From the human T2T-CHM13v2.0 reference genome, Homo sapiens, in assembly GCF_009914755.1 (NCBI RefSeq), contig NC_060928.1: a DNA stretch of 64,000 nucleotides; one strand, written 5' to 3'. Shown in pieces: positions 14,131 through 28,179 of this stretch. A model generated the notes under the pieces. The model was not told the DNA's origin. It made no database searches and saw only the letters and a list, made by a program, of their open reading frames with translations. Both the position numbers and the translations under genes were made by a program. Numbering within the stretch: the first letter of the stretch is position 1; each line of letters starts with the position of its first letter.

Positions 14131-14881
14131 GCCATCTCTAGCAGTTTCCCATATTCTTTCATCACTCTTAATTAGGCTTTCATCCCCACCACTCCACTCA
14201 AATTGCTCACTCTTATTAGTTATCCCAAATCTCCATATTGCCAAGTCTAATGGCTGTTTTATTCTCTATTTGACCGTTAAGCAATATGTGATGTAGACGA
14301 CCACTTCTGCATTTATTAAATACCTTCTTTTCTTGATTCCAGTGACAGAATATTCTCCTGCTTTTGTACTCATCTTGCTGGCTGCTCCTTCTCCTCTAAT
14401 TAATACTGGCATGTGCCAGGGCTGAATCCTTCTAAATCTGTATACACTTCCTAGATAAATCACACTTCTACATGCCAATGACTCCCAAATCCACACCCCT
14501 AGAATAGATTGTCAAATGCAGTCAGATATCCAACTGCTTTTTAGACATTTCTACAGATTTTAAAGGTGTCCAAAATGTCATATACTTAAAACAGAACACT
14601 TAACTTTCTTCTGTAAATTTGCTTCTCTCCCAGTTTTTTCCCCCAACCTGATCTCCATATATTCTCCCCATCATTTACTGTATTCCAGTCACATTATGCT
14701 CTTTATGTTCCTCAAACATTTCATTGTCTTTCTTGTTCTCACTATCTATAAAGCTCTTCTCTCAGATCTTCACACAGCTGGCTCCTTTTGCCATTCCGAT
14801 CTCAATTAAAATTCCCCTTTTTCAATTAGGCTATCTCTGACTGCCTAATGAAAGCAGTCACCAGTCTCTACCACATTATCC

Positions 14882-15178
14882 TTTTTTTTGTACACGTAAG
14901 ACAAGGTCTCACTCTGTCTCCCAGGCTGGAATGCAGTGACACAATCACAGCTCACTGTAGCGTCAACCTCCTAGGCTCAAGTCCTCCTGCCTCAGCCTCC
15001 CAAGTAGCTGGGATCACAGGCATACGTCATCATGCCCAGCTAATTTCTAAATTTTTGGTGGAGATGGGGTCTCACTATGTTGCCCAGGCTGGTATCAAAC
15101 TTCTAGGCTTACACAATCCTCCCACCTCAGCCTCCCAAACTGCTAGGATTACAGGCACAAGCCTTACAGTGCCCAGCC
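14882..15178 (-). mobile_element. Alu (AluJ-like) inserted in an L2 remnant (~14150-15380)
   Basis: Reverse Alu dimer with L2-like flanks. Confidence 0.85.
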
Positions 15179-15517
15179 TTACACTATCCATTTATCCATT
15201 TTAATTCTCTGCACAGTACAAACCACAAATTTCTCACTTGTGTATTATTTGTGTTTCTCACTTGTGTATTATTCTTCTTCTAGAAGGCGGTTCTCATGAC
15301 AGCAGGGACAGCTTCTGTCTTGTTCATCACTGAATCCCCAGTATCTAAAGTAATTATCGGAACATAGCTGGTACTACGTTTGGTGGTAAATTAACACACA
15401 AAAATTTTTTTAAATTAAACTTTCCTTAAATTAGTGTGTCAAAATAGTTGATGAATTCTTTTATTTTTCTGGAAAAATATCATTTTACGATGCATTCTAA
15501 GATGCACCTTTCTTTAC

Positions 15518-15609
15518 CTTTTGTACTCCTTGGATCTTTTAAACTGATTCTTCAGGAAACTATAGGTTCAAGGTACTCTTCTATATGACCAACCATAAGT
15601 CTCAGAATT
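15518..15609 (-). other. CLOCK: CLOCK non-coding 5'UTR exon (92 nt)
   Basis: TTTTTTCTTGTTTAAACAG acceptor and AAG|GTAAAG donor. Unique sequence matching my recollection of the CLOCK mRNA leader (...GATCCAAGGAGTACAAAAG|GAGAAG...). Confidence 0.88.
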
Positions 15610-15739
15610 CTGTTTAAACAAGAAAAAATGTTAGATTTATTCAACTTACATAGAAGTTTATCATTAAAAGGGTTTTAAAATAATTTTTAAAAATAAAATT
15701 TAGAACTGTCACAAAAATGTATATAACCAATTTTAAATT

Positions 15740-18550
15740 CTATAAATTGTTTCTAAAAGAAAACAAAATAACTTAAAACATGAATAAACTAAAACAATCA
15801 CTTAATTCTGGTACAGAAGTTAAAAGATAAAAGTATTAAAAAACTGTAACTATAAAAATGTTAATGAGTATACAACATAAAAGGATAACATTGTGACATC
15901 AATAACAAGGGAAGAGTAAGAAAGTTACATTTTTATATGCAATTGAAGTTAGATTGTTATACGCTTAAGACAGACTGTTTTAACTATAAGGTGTTTTTAT
16001 ATATAAGCCCCATGGTAATCACATGTGAGGACTGACACAAGAAAATGAGAGGGGAGTCAAAGCACAACTACAAAAAATAAAGAAAGAAAGAAAGAAACAC
16101 AGAGAAAAACAGGAGGAAAGGAAAAGAGGGACAACAGCACTACAAGAAAGACAGCAAGCCCTTCTCTATCAGTAATCACTTTAAACGTAAATGGATTAAA
16201 CTCCTCAATCAAAATACATGGAGTGGCTGAATGGATTTAAAAAAAAAAAGAAAGATCCAACTGCATGTTGTCTCCAAGATTCACCTCAGATTTAAGAACA
16301 GAAGCTGAAAGTGAAAGAATGGAAAAATATATCCCATGCAAATGGCAGCCTAAAGAGTATAAGTGACCATACTTAGATAAAATAGATGTAAAGTCAAATA
16401 CAAGAGACAAAGAAGGACATTATATAGTAATAAGAGTCAATTCATTAGGAAAATATAGCAATTATAAATATATATATATATACACCCAACATCAGAGGAC
16501 CCAAATATATTAAGCAAACATCAATAGAACTGAAGGGAGAAACAGCAGATACAATAGTAGCAGGAGATGTCAATACCCCACTTTCAATAATGGACAGATA
16601 ATCCAAGAGAAATCAAGAAGGAAAGCATAGATTTAAACAGTGTATCAGTACAGTCATCCTTTGTTATCTGACATGGACTGGTTCCAGGACCCCCCACCAA
16701 ATATTAATACCAAAATCTGCAGATGCTTAAGTCCCTTATATAAAATGATGTAGTATTTGCCTATAACCTATGTGCCTCCTCCCCTATACTTTAAATCATC
16801 TCTAGATTACTTATAATGCATAATACAATGTAAATGTGATGTAAATAGGTGTTATACTATATTGGTTTCTTAAATTTGTATTATTTGTAAATGGTTTTAT
16901 TCTCTGAATATTTTTATCCACAGTTGGTTGAATCCACAGACGTGGAACCTTCAGATGCAGAAGGCCAACTGTATAGACCAAATGGACCTAACAGACATAC
17001 ACAAAACATTCCACCCAACAACAGCAGAATACACATTATTCTCAAGTACACAGAGAACGTTCTCTAGGACAGATCACCTAATAGGGCACAGAACAAGTTT
17101 TAACAAATTTAAGGTTGAATTATACTAAATATCTTCTCTGATCACAGTGAAATGTCAGAAGGAAAACTAGAAAATTCATAAGCAGATGAAATTTAAACAC
17201 ACTGTTGAATAACCAAAGAGTCAAGGAAGACATCAAAAGAGAAATTAGAAAACATCTTGAGACAAACGAAAACACAACATACCAAAATGTATGGGATGCA
17301 GCAAAAGTGTTCTGACAGGGAATCTTATTTCAGTCAATGACTGCATTAAAAATGAAGAAAGATTCCTGCAGGTGTGCTAAAAAAAAAAAAAAAAAAAAAA
17401 AAGGAAAGATCTCAAACAATGCAACTTTATACCTCAAAGAACTAGAAAAAGAAGAACAAAGCCCATAGAGAGCAGAAGGAAGGAAATATGATTAGAGTAG
17501 AAATAAAACAGTGAATAGGAAAAAAAAAAAATCAACAAAACTAAGAGTTGTTTCTTTGAAAAGACTAACAAAATTGACAAATCTTTAGCTACACTAGGAA
17601 TAAGAGAAGACTCAAAATCAGAAATAAAAGGAGAAATTACAACTGATGTCACAGAAATAAAAAAGTATTTTTTTGAGACAACTCAATAAATATACACCAA
17701 CAAATTAGATAACCTAGAAAAAATGGATAAATTCCTAGAAATATGCCATCTACCACGAAGGCTGAATCATGAATAGAAAAATGTGAACAGAGTTCACAGC
17801 AGATTTATTCATAATGGTCTAAAACTATAAACAATCCAGATGTTCATTGACAGTACAATGGATAAACAAAATGTGGTATTCATATAATGGAATGCTATAC
17901 AACAAAGAGAAGACTGCATGCAACAGCACAGATGACTTTACAAGAGAGTACATAGTTTTTTTAAGAATAGACAAATTAATCAGTAAGTCAGAATGATAAA
18001 ATAAAAAAAGAAAATCTGAGCAGACACATATAACTTGTAATTATATTGAATCAAAAACTTCCCAATGAAGAAAAGCCAGGACCATATACATGACTTCACT
18101 GAAGAATTCTACCAAACACTGAAAGAATTAATACCAATCCCCCTCAAATGCTTCCAACAAACTGAAAAGGGAACATTTTCAAACTCTTTATGAAGCCAGC
18201 ATTATGCTGATATCAAAGCCAAAGACACCATAAGAAAAAAACTATAGACCAATATTCCTTATGCATATTGATGAAAAATTCTCAACAAAATACTACCAAT
18301 CCAAACGCAACAGTAAATTAAAAGGATTATACCACATGACCAGGTGGTATTTATCCCTGGGATTTGAGCAAGGTTCAACATATATTAATAAAACCAATCC
18401 ATGTGCTACACCACATCAACAAAACCAAGGATAAAAATCGTATGAGGGATCTCAATTGATGCAGAAAAAGCATTTAACAAAATCCAACACCTATTCATGA
18501 TAAAAAAAAAAAACGCCATTCAACAAACTAGGAATAGAAGGAATTTATAA
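15740..18550 (+). mobile_element. L1M ORF2 (endonuclease / RT 5' part) remnant with nested insertions
   Basis: taaatggattaaactcctcaatcaaa and IDQMDLTDIHKTFHPTTAEYTLFSS...TFSRTDH, L1 endonuclease motifs. Confidence 0.88.
16651..16971 (+). mobile_element. MER2 (TcMar-Tigger MITE) inside L1
   Basis: TA-flanked, with inverted termini cagtcatcct.../...aggccaactg; L1 sequence resumes on both sides. Confidence 0.8.
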
Positions 18551-18663
18551 ACCAAGAAAAGGAGGAATTTCTCTTTCTTAAAAAATAAATTGGTTTGAAA
18601 ATTATGCCCTTTGACTCAGTAATTTCACTTTGAGAAATAATAAAATAATCAAAGATGCATCTA

Positions 18664-19021
<358 letters not shown>

Positions 19022-19456
19022 CTAGAACAAATTTAAATGTCTAACTGCATTAACAGTGGCATGAAAATATATCAGACATAAACCTGAATATAGCAAAAGT
19101 ATCAACTGTGATTGCTCCTAGGTAGTTTATGGATGGTGTTTTTTGTTCTTTCTTTAGTACTTTCTAAAATTTCTCCCATGAACATGCATTACTTTTATAA
19201 TCAGAAAGCTTAAGTGCTGCATTTTTTTTCTTTTTCTTTTAATTGTCCAATACTAGAGGCCTAGCTATACATGAGGAGGCAAATAAGATAAAACACAACC
19301 TGTTATCTATTCCAGAGAACAAAAACTTAACAGAGACTATTTTTCTAGCCATTTAAAGAAAACAAAGTTTCATCTAGTTAATAATTTTAAAATTATTAAT
19401 TAAAAATGGCTAACTCAGGAATTTGAATTTTAAAAATTAAAACTACAGTTTTTCCC

Positions 19457-19491
19457 TAACCTAATAACCTACTGACCCACTGACCTACTTT
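19457..19491 (-). promoter_or_regulatory. RORE / RevDR2 nuclear-receptor element followed by two further DR2-spaced half-sites
   Basis: Minus strand reads AAAGT-AGGTCA-GT-GGGTCA-GT-AGGTTA-TT-AGGTTA. Function is inferred from the motif only. Confidence 0.6.
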
Positions 19492-20420
19492 GGAATTTAG
19501 GTTTGTTAATTCTGATACCACAGGTATTTCGGGAACTGACGGATCTATTAACATTAATTAAAAGTAGTGCTGAAATTTAATTGACCGGTATAATACAAAA
19601 CCTAAGGAACAAACCTTAACTACTTTTATTACCACTTATGAAAAATTCTAACTTGCTTCTGCAGATTACTGATTTTGTATTATAACTGAAACAGTAATTA
19701 TTTCTAAGAGAAAAACTATTTTAACTTGCAAAGAAAGGCCCAAATATTTAATACTTTTTAGATTCGTTGTTTAATGTACGAGGAAAAAATGAAATTAAAC
19801 AGTGGTTCTCAATTTATTCAATATTGAATGTATTAGCCACCTCTACAACCGATATAAGATATTGGCAAAATAAAACACATATTTGGTTTTACAGCTATCT
19901 CTACAATCAATTTAAATTTGAAAACTGACCTGTAAGAATAAGAACCACATCCCAAACCAGTTTTATGAACCAGACCTCTTAAAACCAGAGAGGATTCTGG
20001 CTCAAGACAAACATCAACTGACACTATAACTCTAGCCTGCTGAATGTCAAGATGTAAGATATTCACTAAACCTCATTAAATAAACAAAAACTAAAAAATT
20101 AATACAGTTCTCTTAGTGGGACAATACTATTCCAACGATTCAACTAATATATATTTTTCAAGTAATGTCTGAGCTTTGTATTCATATAACAGACTGATCT
20201 TGCCCACAGAGTATAGGAGCACCTTATCCCCTTTTCAGAGATAAGACTAAGGCCTACATCTGTCCTCAGCCCCAAGTAAGCCCCACATAAAACCTGAAGG
20301 TGGAGGGAGAGCACAAGCCTCAGAATGAATTTCACATGTAATCAGGTACCATAAACCTGAAGCTATACGACTCTACACCTGGCCTTCATCCTGACACCAG
20401 CAGGAAGAAAGAGGGAGCCC

Positions 20421-21140
20421 TGTGGTAGGCAGAATAACAGCCTCCGAAGAATGTCCATTCCCTCTTCCCTGGACCTTATGAAGATGTTATGTCACATGGC
20501 AAAAAAGGACACTGCAGATGTGATTAAGGATAAGGATCTTGAGATGTGGAGATTATCCTGCATTATCCAAGTGGGTCCAAAATAATCACGTGAGTTCTTA
20601 AGAGGAAAGGACCTTTCCTAGCTGTGGTTTGATATATCAGAAAGAACGGTCAAAAAGATGGCAAGTTAAAGGCATAAGAATGATACAATGGACCATGGGG
20701 ACTCGGGGAGAAGGGAAGGATAGGAGGGGGGATGAGGGATAAAAGACCATACATTGGGAACAGTGCTCAGGTGATGGGTGCACCAAAATCTCAGAAATCA
20801 CCACTAAAGAACTTATCCATGTAACCAAACACCCCCTGTTCCCCAAAAACCTACTGAAATGATAATTCTTTTAAAAAGATGCAAAGTTGCTGGCTTTGAA
20901 AGTGAAAGAAGGTGGCCACAAGCCAAGGAATTCAGGTAGCCTCTACAAGCTGGAAAAAACAAGGAAACAGATTTTCTCCTGAAGCCTCCAGAGAGAAATG
21001 CAGCCCGCTGACACCTTGGGTTCAGGTCAGTGAGATTTGTGTTGGCCTTCTGAGCTGCAGAACTGTAAAACAATAAATTTGTATTGTCTTAAGCCATTAA
21101 GTTTGTGGTTATTTGTATGGTAGCAACAGAAAACTATACA
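20421..21140 (+). mobile_element. MLT1-type MaLR LTR interrupted by an L1PB-like 3' end (20668-20872)
   Basis: tgtggtaggcagaataa... start and ...gcaacagaaaactataca end. The insert is flanked by aaaaagatggcaagtt / aaaaagatgcaaagtt TSD. Confidence 0.8.
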
Positions 21141-21974
21141 GAATCCGGTTTCTCTCGATAAACCTGGCTCTCACCAACACTTCCCTTTCAGTATTTACAG
21201 CAACCTGCATAGGAGATCATCAAAGAGAATCCCATTATGCCCTCCATTCTTTTTACATCAGTCAACAAGAAATGCCCAAGACTCCCAAGTCATCCCCCAT
21301 CCCTATATACTTTCATCCCTATATACTCTGTATGTCCCTACACTGACCCCTTTTCTCTTCCTCCCCCAATTCCCGAAATCCTTTCGCAGTGTCTTCTGGA
21401 ACTCATGGTACACATCGTCGTTAAAATATCCTATTTCCTCAGTATTGTTGTTGCACACTCTTCACCTTACTTGCTCCCAGCTGTAACCTCTCTCCCCTCT
21501 GGGAGTTCTGCTCTAACTCCAGCCCTTTCAAACAATGGCTTCTCTCTCATGTGAGATAAAATATATTTACTCTCCCATATCTCAGATGACCAAGCCCTGT
21601 TGGTGGGGTGAACTTCCTTGTAACTCACTGTCATTTCTGAATTATTCTCTCCCTCCCTAAAACCTTAGCTTTGACTCTCATGCCACCAGACTACATCAGC
21701 TATTATCCCCTCCTTATTGTAGTCATTCACAAACCCCAGGATAAGCCCCTTCACTCCACGAAGGGTGTGACCCTCTCCAATACCTCTTTTGAATTTCAAT
21801 GTACACAAAATGATCCCCCAAAACTGGCCAGTGAGTTCCTTGATCTCTTCTGCAACAATTTTGTGTTCCACCCCACCTCCCACTCATTCTGCTAGTGTTA
21901 CCCCAGAATTCACCATTACTAATATCCAAAAGACCCTCCGTATCCTCAATTTTAAGCATCTAAGCCCTCTCTCA

Positions 21975-22370
<396 letters not shown>

Positions 22371-23149
22371 ACTGACAATATAGCTCTAACTTATTTATGT
22401 TGGGTCTTTAAAAAGAAAAAAAAAACTGTGCCAGCTCATAATCTTTGTTGGAGCCTCAGTTTCTCTTCCTAGTAAAGGCACAAGGGAGTAAAGCAAGTTT
22501 ATTTGACATGGTCGGGAAGACTAAACATAGTGACAGTCAATGATTGGTTATGTTGTTAATTACCTTCTATGAGAAATGCTTCATTCTTTTTCATGTTTCT
22601 CTAAACTCTAGCCTTCCTTTTGACCACTGAGTCCTTTATACACTTATCATATTGATAAGCTATTCTGTGGCAAAATGTAATGATTGCTTACCACTTTAAT
22701 ATAGTTCAAGTTGTGCTGACTATAAAAACTTTTTAAAATTCCAATTTACAGTATTTACTAACACAAACACATATAATGCAAATAATGAAAAACTTGTTCA
22801 GGGCTCTAAGGCTTCTGAAGATTATTTATCACATTCCAAGACACCAATTTTCCTTTCTAGCTTTAGTCTTATTTCTCCTTCCTCATTTCCCATTCTACTT
22901 TACTGTACACAGACTCCTTATTCTCCAGCTACACTAAGGAATCACGTCACCATTCCTAGATAGTAGAAAATAAAGACCTCTACGTAAAACAAAGGTTTGT
23001 CCACCAGTACCCAATATATTATCAACATAAATATCTTAATACAATAAACTGGAATTGACCTTCACAGAAAATCATATTGTCATTCACATCAAGATTCAAC
23101 TAATCATGATATAAACTTTATGTTATTAGTGAAAAACTGAAGAGGTACT

Positions 23150-23623
23150 ATGTGCTTCCTATGGCCTCTATAAAAATTATCACAAAGTTAATGGATTAAA
23201 ACAACACAAATTTACTATCTTACAGTTCTGTTGGTGAGAGCCCAATATAGGTCTCACTGGGCTAAAATCAAGGTGGGCTAAAACCGAGGTGTTGGCAGGG
23301 CTGAATTCCCTCCTGTAAGCTCTAGCAGAGAATGTTTCCTTGCCTTTTCAAGCTTTAGAGGCCACCCGTATTCTTTAGCTCATAGCTCCCTCTACTCCAT
23401 CTTCAAGCCAGCAGGAGGCCAAGTCCTTCTCGGGCTGCCATTTCTTCTGCCTCTTTCTTCCCTTATTACATTAAGCCCACATAGATAATCTAAGATAACC
23501 TCCATATTTTATGGTTAACTGATTAGCAACCTTAATTATTCCTTGCCATGTACCCTAACATAGTGGCAGGTTCCAGGAATCAGGATATGAACCTCTCTGA
23601 AGGGTCAGTATTCTGCCTACCAC
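23150..23623 (-). mobile_element. MLT1-type MaLR LTR
   Basis: ttaaaacaacacaaatttactatcttacagttctg...gggctaaaatcaaggtg...attctgcctaccac. Confidence 0.75.
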
Positions 23624-24748
23624 GTACCATGGACCAAAAAGTCTCTGTTTGGCAAAGACAAAATCAAATATTTTTTGAGGGGAAAGGTGAAACATCAAAG
23701 GATAATTTGATCTATTAATAGATAAAAGACTACAGTACTATGCCAGTAGTTCTTAACTTCTGAACTATCTTAACCTTTCATATTTCTTAAAGGGAATTGG
23801 AAAATAATGTGTATGACAATTCAGGCTGCATGCGTTCAACTGTAACTAAAGTCTAACTTTATTGCTATATGGTAGCAACAGGCTCTAGGGATATTCTTCT
23901 GAACGGAAAAATCTGTCAATGTCCAAATGAATACTAGCACATATTTCCCCTTTTGGAAAACTAATTGTTACACCATAAACACATATGATGTAATTTATAT
24001 GCACTAAACAGATTGTCCAAAAAAGATGAATTAAACCCCAGACTTTGTAGAAGCCTATTTTTTAAAAGGGCAAATGTATATAGATTTCTGAGATGGATCT
24101 CCAGAAAAAAAAAAAAGAGATACAGAATTTTAGCAACCTAAAAGAAGTACAGAATTTCATTAGTACTATAAATCCTCTAGGGACCTCTTAGGAAATCGGA
24201 TTATTAAGTAGTACTTTGACAATGCTAGGTTTAGAGCTAATTCATGAGTTGTTTAATAACATACAACTAATATGTATAAATATAATGACAATGTTTGACA
24301 TATTATGTACTACATCTATGAGGTCACCAGAGCCACTTAAAACACCACCAAAAAATGCATCAATTTTCAAGGCCACAAGTATTCCCCTTTGTGCAATAAT
24401 CATTTCACTGAAAAGACAGTTGTTTTGACTTATTAAAACTCGGGTAAACTGCCAGCTGCTTTTGTGTAGCCAAGTAGGCCCGGCAAATTCAAAATCATCT
24501 GAAAAGTATTTCAAAGAAGTTTAGATGCATCCTGAACCACAGATAATTCAGAAAAAAACTACCATAAAGCATGTCTTCTTCACTAAAATAATCATTATAT
24601 CTAAGTTTATATTTAGGAAAAAATGTAATCCCTTTGAACTAGAAGATTTTGCAATATATAATTTATACATATGTTACCCATTTCTGCTTTTCTGTCCCTA
24701 TTTACTTTCAAAGCTTTCAAATTTAAAAAATTGATCTATCTAGTTCCT

Positions 24749-24770
24749 TATTATTATTATTATTATTATT
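24749..24770. repeat. (TTA)n microsatellite
   Basis: ttattattattattattatt. Confidence 0.9.
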
Positions 24771-25451
24771 TTAACCCACTGACTGTTTGATCCTTACCCT
24801 AAAATGACAAGGTGTGGAAAATGGCAGGCCAAGACCATATCTCAATCTGTGGAGTGGCAGGGGAGATGGGGCTCAAACTGCATAGGTCTTTGCATCACGT
24901 AAGTAGGAGTAAATATAGGATAAATGAGGACGTGTAGGTAGTACAAGAATCCACCAGCCAGAAGGCCTGTGACCAGGTTTCACAGAATCCAACATGGACA
25001 TAACAAGTATATTATAGAACAGACATATACTCTTGATACAGAAGACACGAGATCTGATGGGATTTCTACTGATTCATCTTTAAGCTCACTGACTCTTCTG
25101 TCATCTCCATTGTTACTGAGCCCATGCAGTACATCTGTATTTCATATATTGTATTTTTCAGCTCTGAAATTTCCATTTGATTATTTCATATAGTTTTTAT
25201 TTTTCAGAGAACTATTTTTACACTCCTTTCAGAAGTGTTCACTTTTACCTCATGAACATGAGTACTTTAAGGCTTTTTTCTGATAATTCCATCATCTGGA
25301 TCATCTCAGAGTTGTCAACTGGCTTATGTTCTTTTTCCTTTAAAAATGGTCAGATTTTACTGTTTCTTTGTATGTCAAGTAATTTTGGATCATATCCTGG
25401 ACATTCTAGATATTAAGTTATGAGATTCTAGGTTCCATTAACATCCTCTAA

Positions 25452-25810
25452 AGCAGCAGTCCTCAACCTTTTTGGCACCAGCGACTGGTTTCATGCAATA
25501 CAATTTTTCCATGGACAGCGGGGATGGTTTCTGGACAAAACTGTTCCACTTCAGATCATCACACTTGTTAGGGATGGTTTCTGGACAAAACTGTTCCACT
25601 TCAGATCATCACACTTGTTAAGTTAGATTCTCATAAGGAGCATACAACCTAGATCCCTTGCACTCGCAGTTCACTGCAGGGTTCACGCTCCTATGAGAAT
25701 CTAATGCTGCTACTGATATGACAGGAGGCGGAGCTCAGGCGCTAATGCTCACTAGCCAGTCACCTACCTCCTGCTGTGCGGCCTGGTTCCTAACAGGCCA
25801 CAGTACCAAT
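25452..25810 (+). mobile_element. MER1B-like hAT-Charlie MITE containing a 50-bp tandem duplication
   Basis: gcagtcctcaacctttttggcacc...ttagattctcataaggagc...ggcggagctcaggc...ttcctaacaggcca. Confidence 0.8.
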
Positions 25811-26469
25811 CGTTGTTTCAGTTTTCAAAGCGTTCACAATGCTGCTTAAATCTATCCTCCGCATGCATCTCTCAGGGGCAACTCTGGGATTTGAGCAGTG
25901 GTTTACACCATAGTTCAGCTCTCTAGGTCTTTGCCATGTTTCTTTCGCTCTGTTCCATGTACGTGTAGCTCATGGATGCAGTAGGTAGGACCTTTGTGTG
26001 TTCATACATGCAATTAGGGAATCTCCCCCCAAACTAGGTGTCTTCTCTTTGAGACTTCCAAAGCATGCTCCAGCTTCCAGAGTTCTCTTTCCCAATTCCT
26101 CTGGCCAGAGAGACGGCTTTCTTCTTGGGATTTTAAGTACATATACCACTATGGCAATGTAATTTTACAAATGGAGATGGTCTCAGGGCACAGCTGGGAG
26201 AGAAAAAAAGGGGGGAATTTTCTTTGTCCTATGACTAGAAATAAAGGGTTTCTCTTGGAGTTTTTGCTAACTGCTGCACTCAACATGTACTTCTACAACC
26301 CAGCCTACCATTTGGTTAAAGCTGGATAACAAAAAGAAAAAAAAAATGGTAAGCTAAGCACTACACAAGCTATTCAGGTTTTGACTTCCCTTCTCAGTTT
26401 GCCTATTACTGTTTACTTTCGAAAGTCTTCAGATAATTGTTTTTGTTTCTATCTAGAGGGTTTTTGTTG

Positions 26470-27297
<828 letters not shown>

Positions 27298-27526
27298 TCC
27301 AATGTTACTTAATAGCTACAATTCTTCTAAAGATATGCTTTCCCTCTTAACTATTTGGTAGTCCTGGAATATAATCTCTACAGAAAAAGATTAATAAATG
27401 GTTGACTTTTTCCTTTCACTTACCAATTATTTTCAGAATAATAAATTGGTGTATATGAGGGTTTTTTAAAACAATTATTATGAATTCTTGAATTACTACA
27501 TTTTTGTGTATTTCAGTGTACTATAA

Positions 27527-27852
<326 letters not shown>

Positions 27853-28179
27853 ATAGTACACTTTTTTAAACCTATTTTTATGGGAAATTACAAATATACA
27901 CAAAGTTAGAATAATAATATAATTAATCCTATATATCCTTCACCCAGTTTCCATAATTATCAACTCATGGCTAATCAATCTTGTTTCATCTGTTCTGCTC
28001 CTTCCCTTCCTCTCCACTCTTTCGGATTATTTGAAGCAAATCCCAAGTACTGTATCATTCCATCTGTAAACAGTCCAGTATATTTGTATAAACTACAAGG
28101 GCTTTTATAAAACATAACTACAATATCATTATCATATCTTACGAAGTCAACAAAAGACATATAAGACCTGTTTTTACAC

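Noticed and set aside
24216-25416. ORFs, and a GTAAGG donor-like site near 24797, as a possible extra exon
   Set aside because: I could find no convincing paired acceptor or protein similarity; this cannot be supported without transcript data.
25521-25620. Direct repeats as a CRISPR-like or prokaryotic system
   Set aside because: Only two abutting copies with no spacer, in clearly primate intronic DNA.
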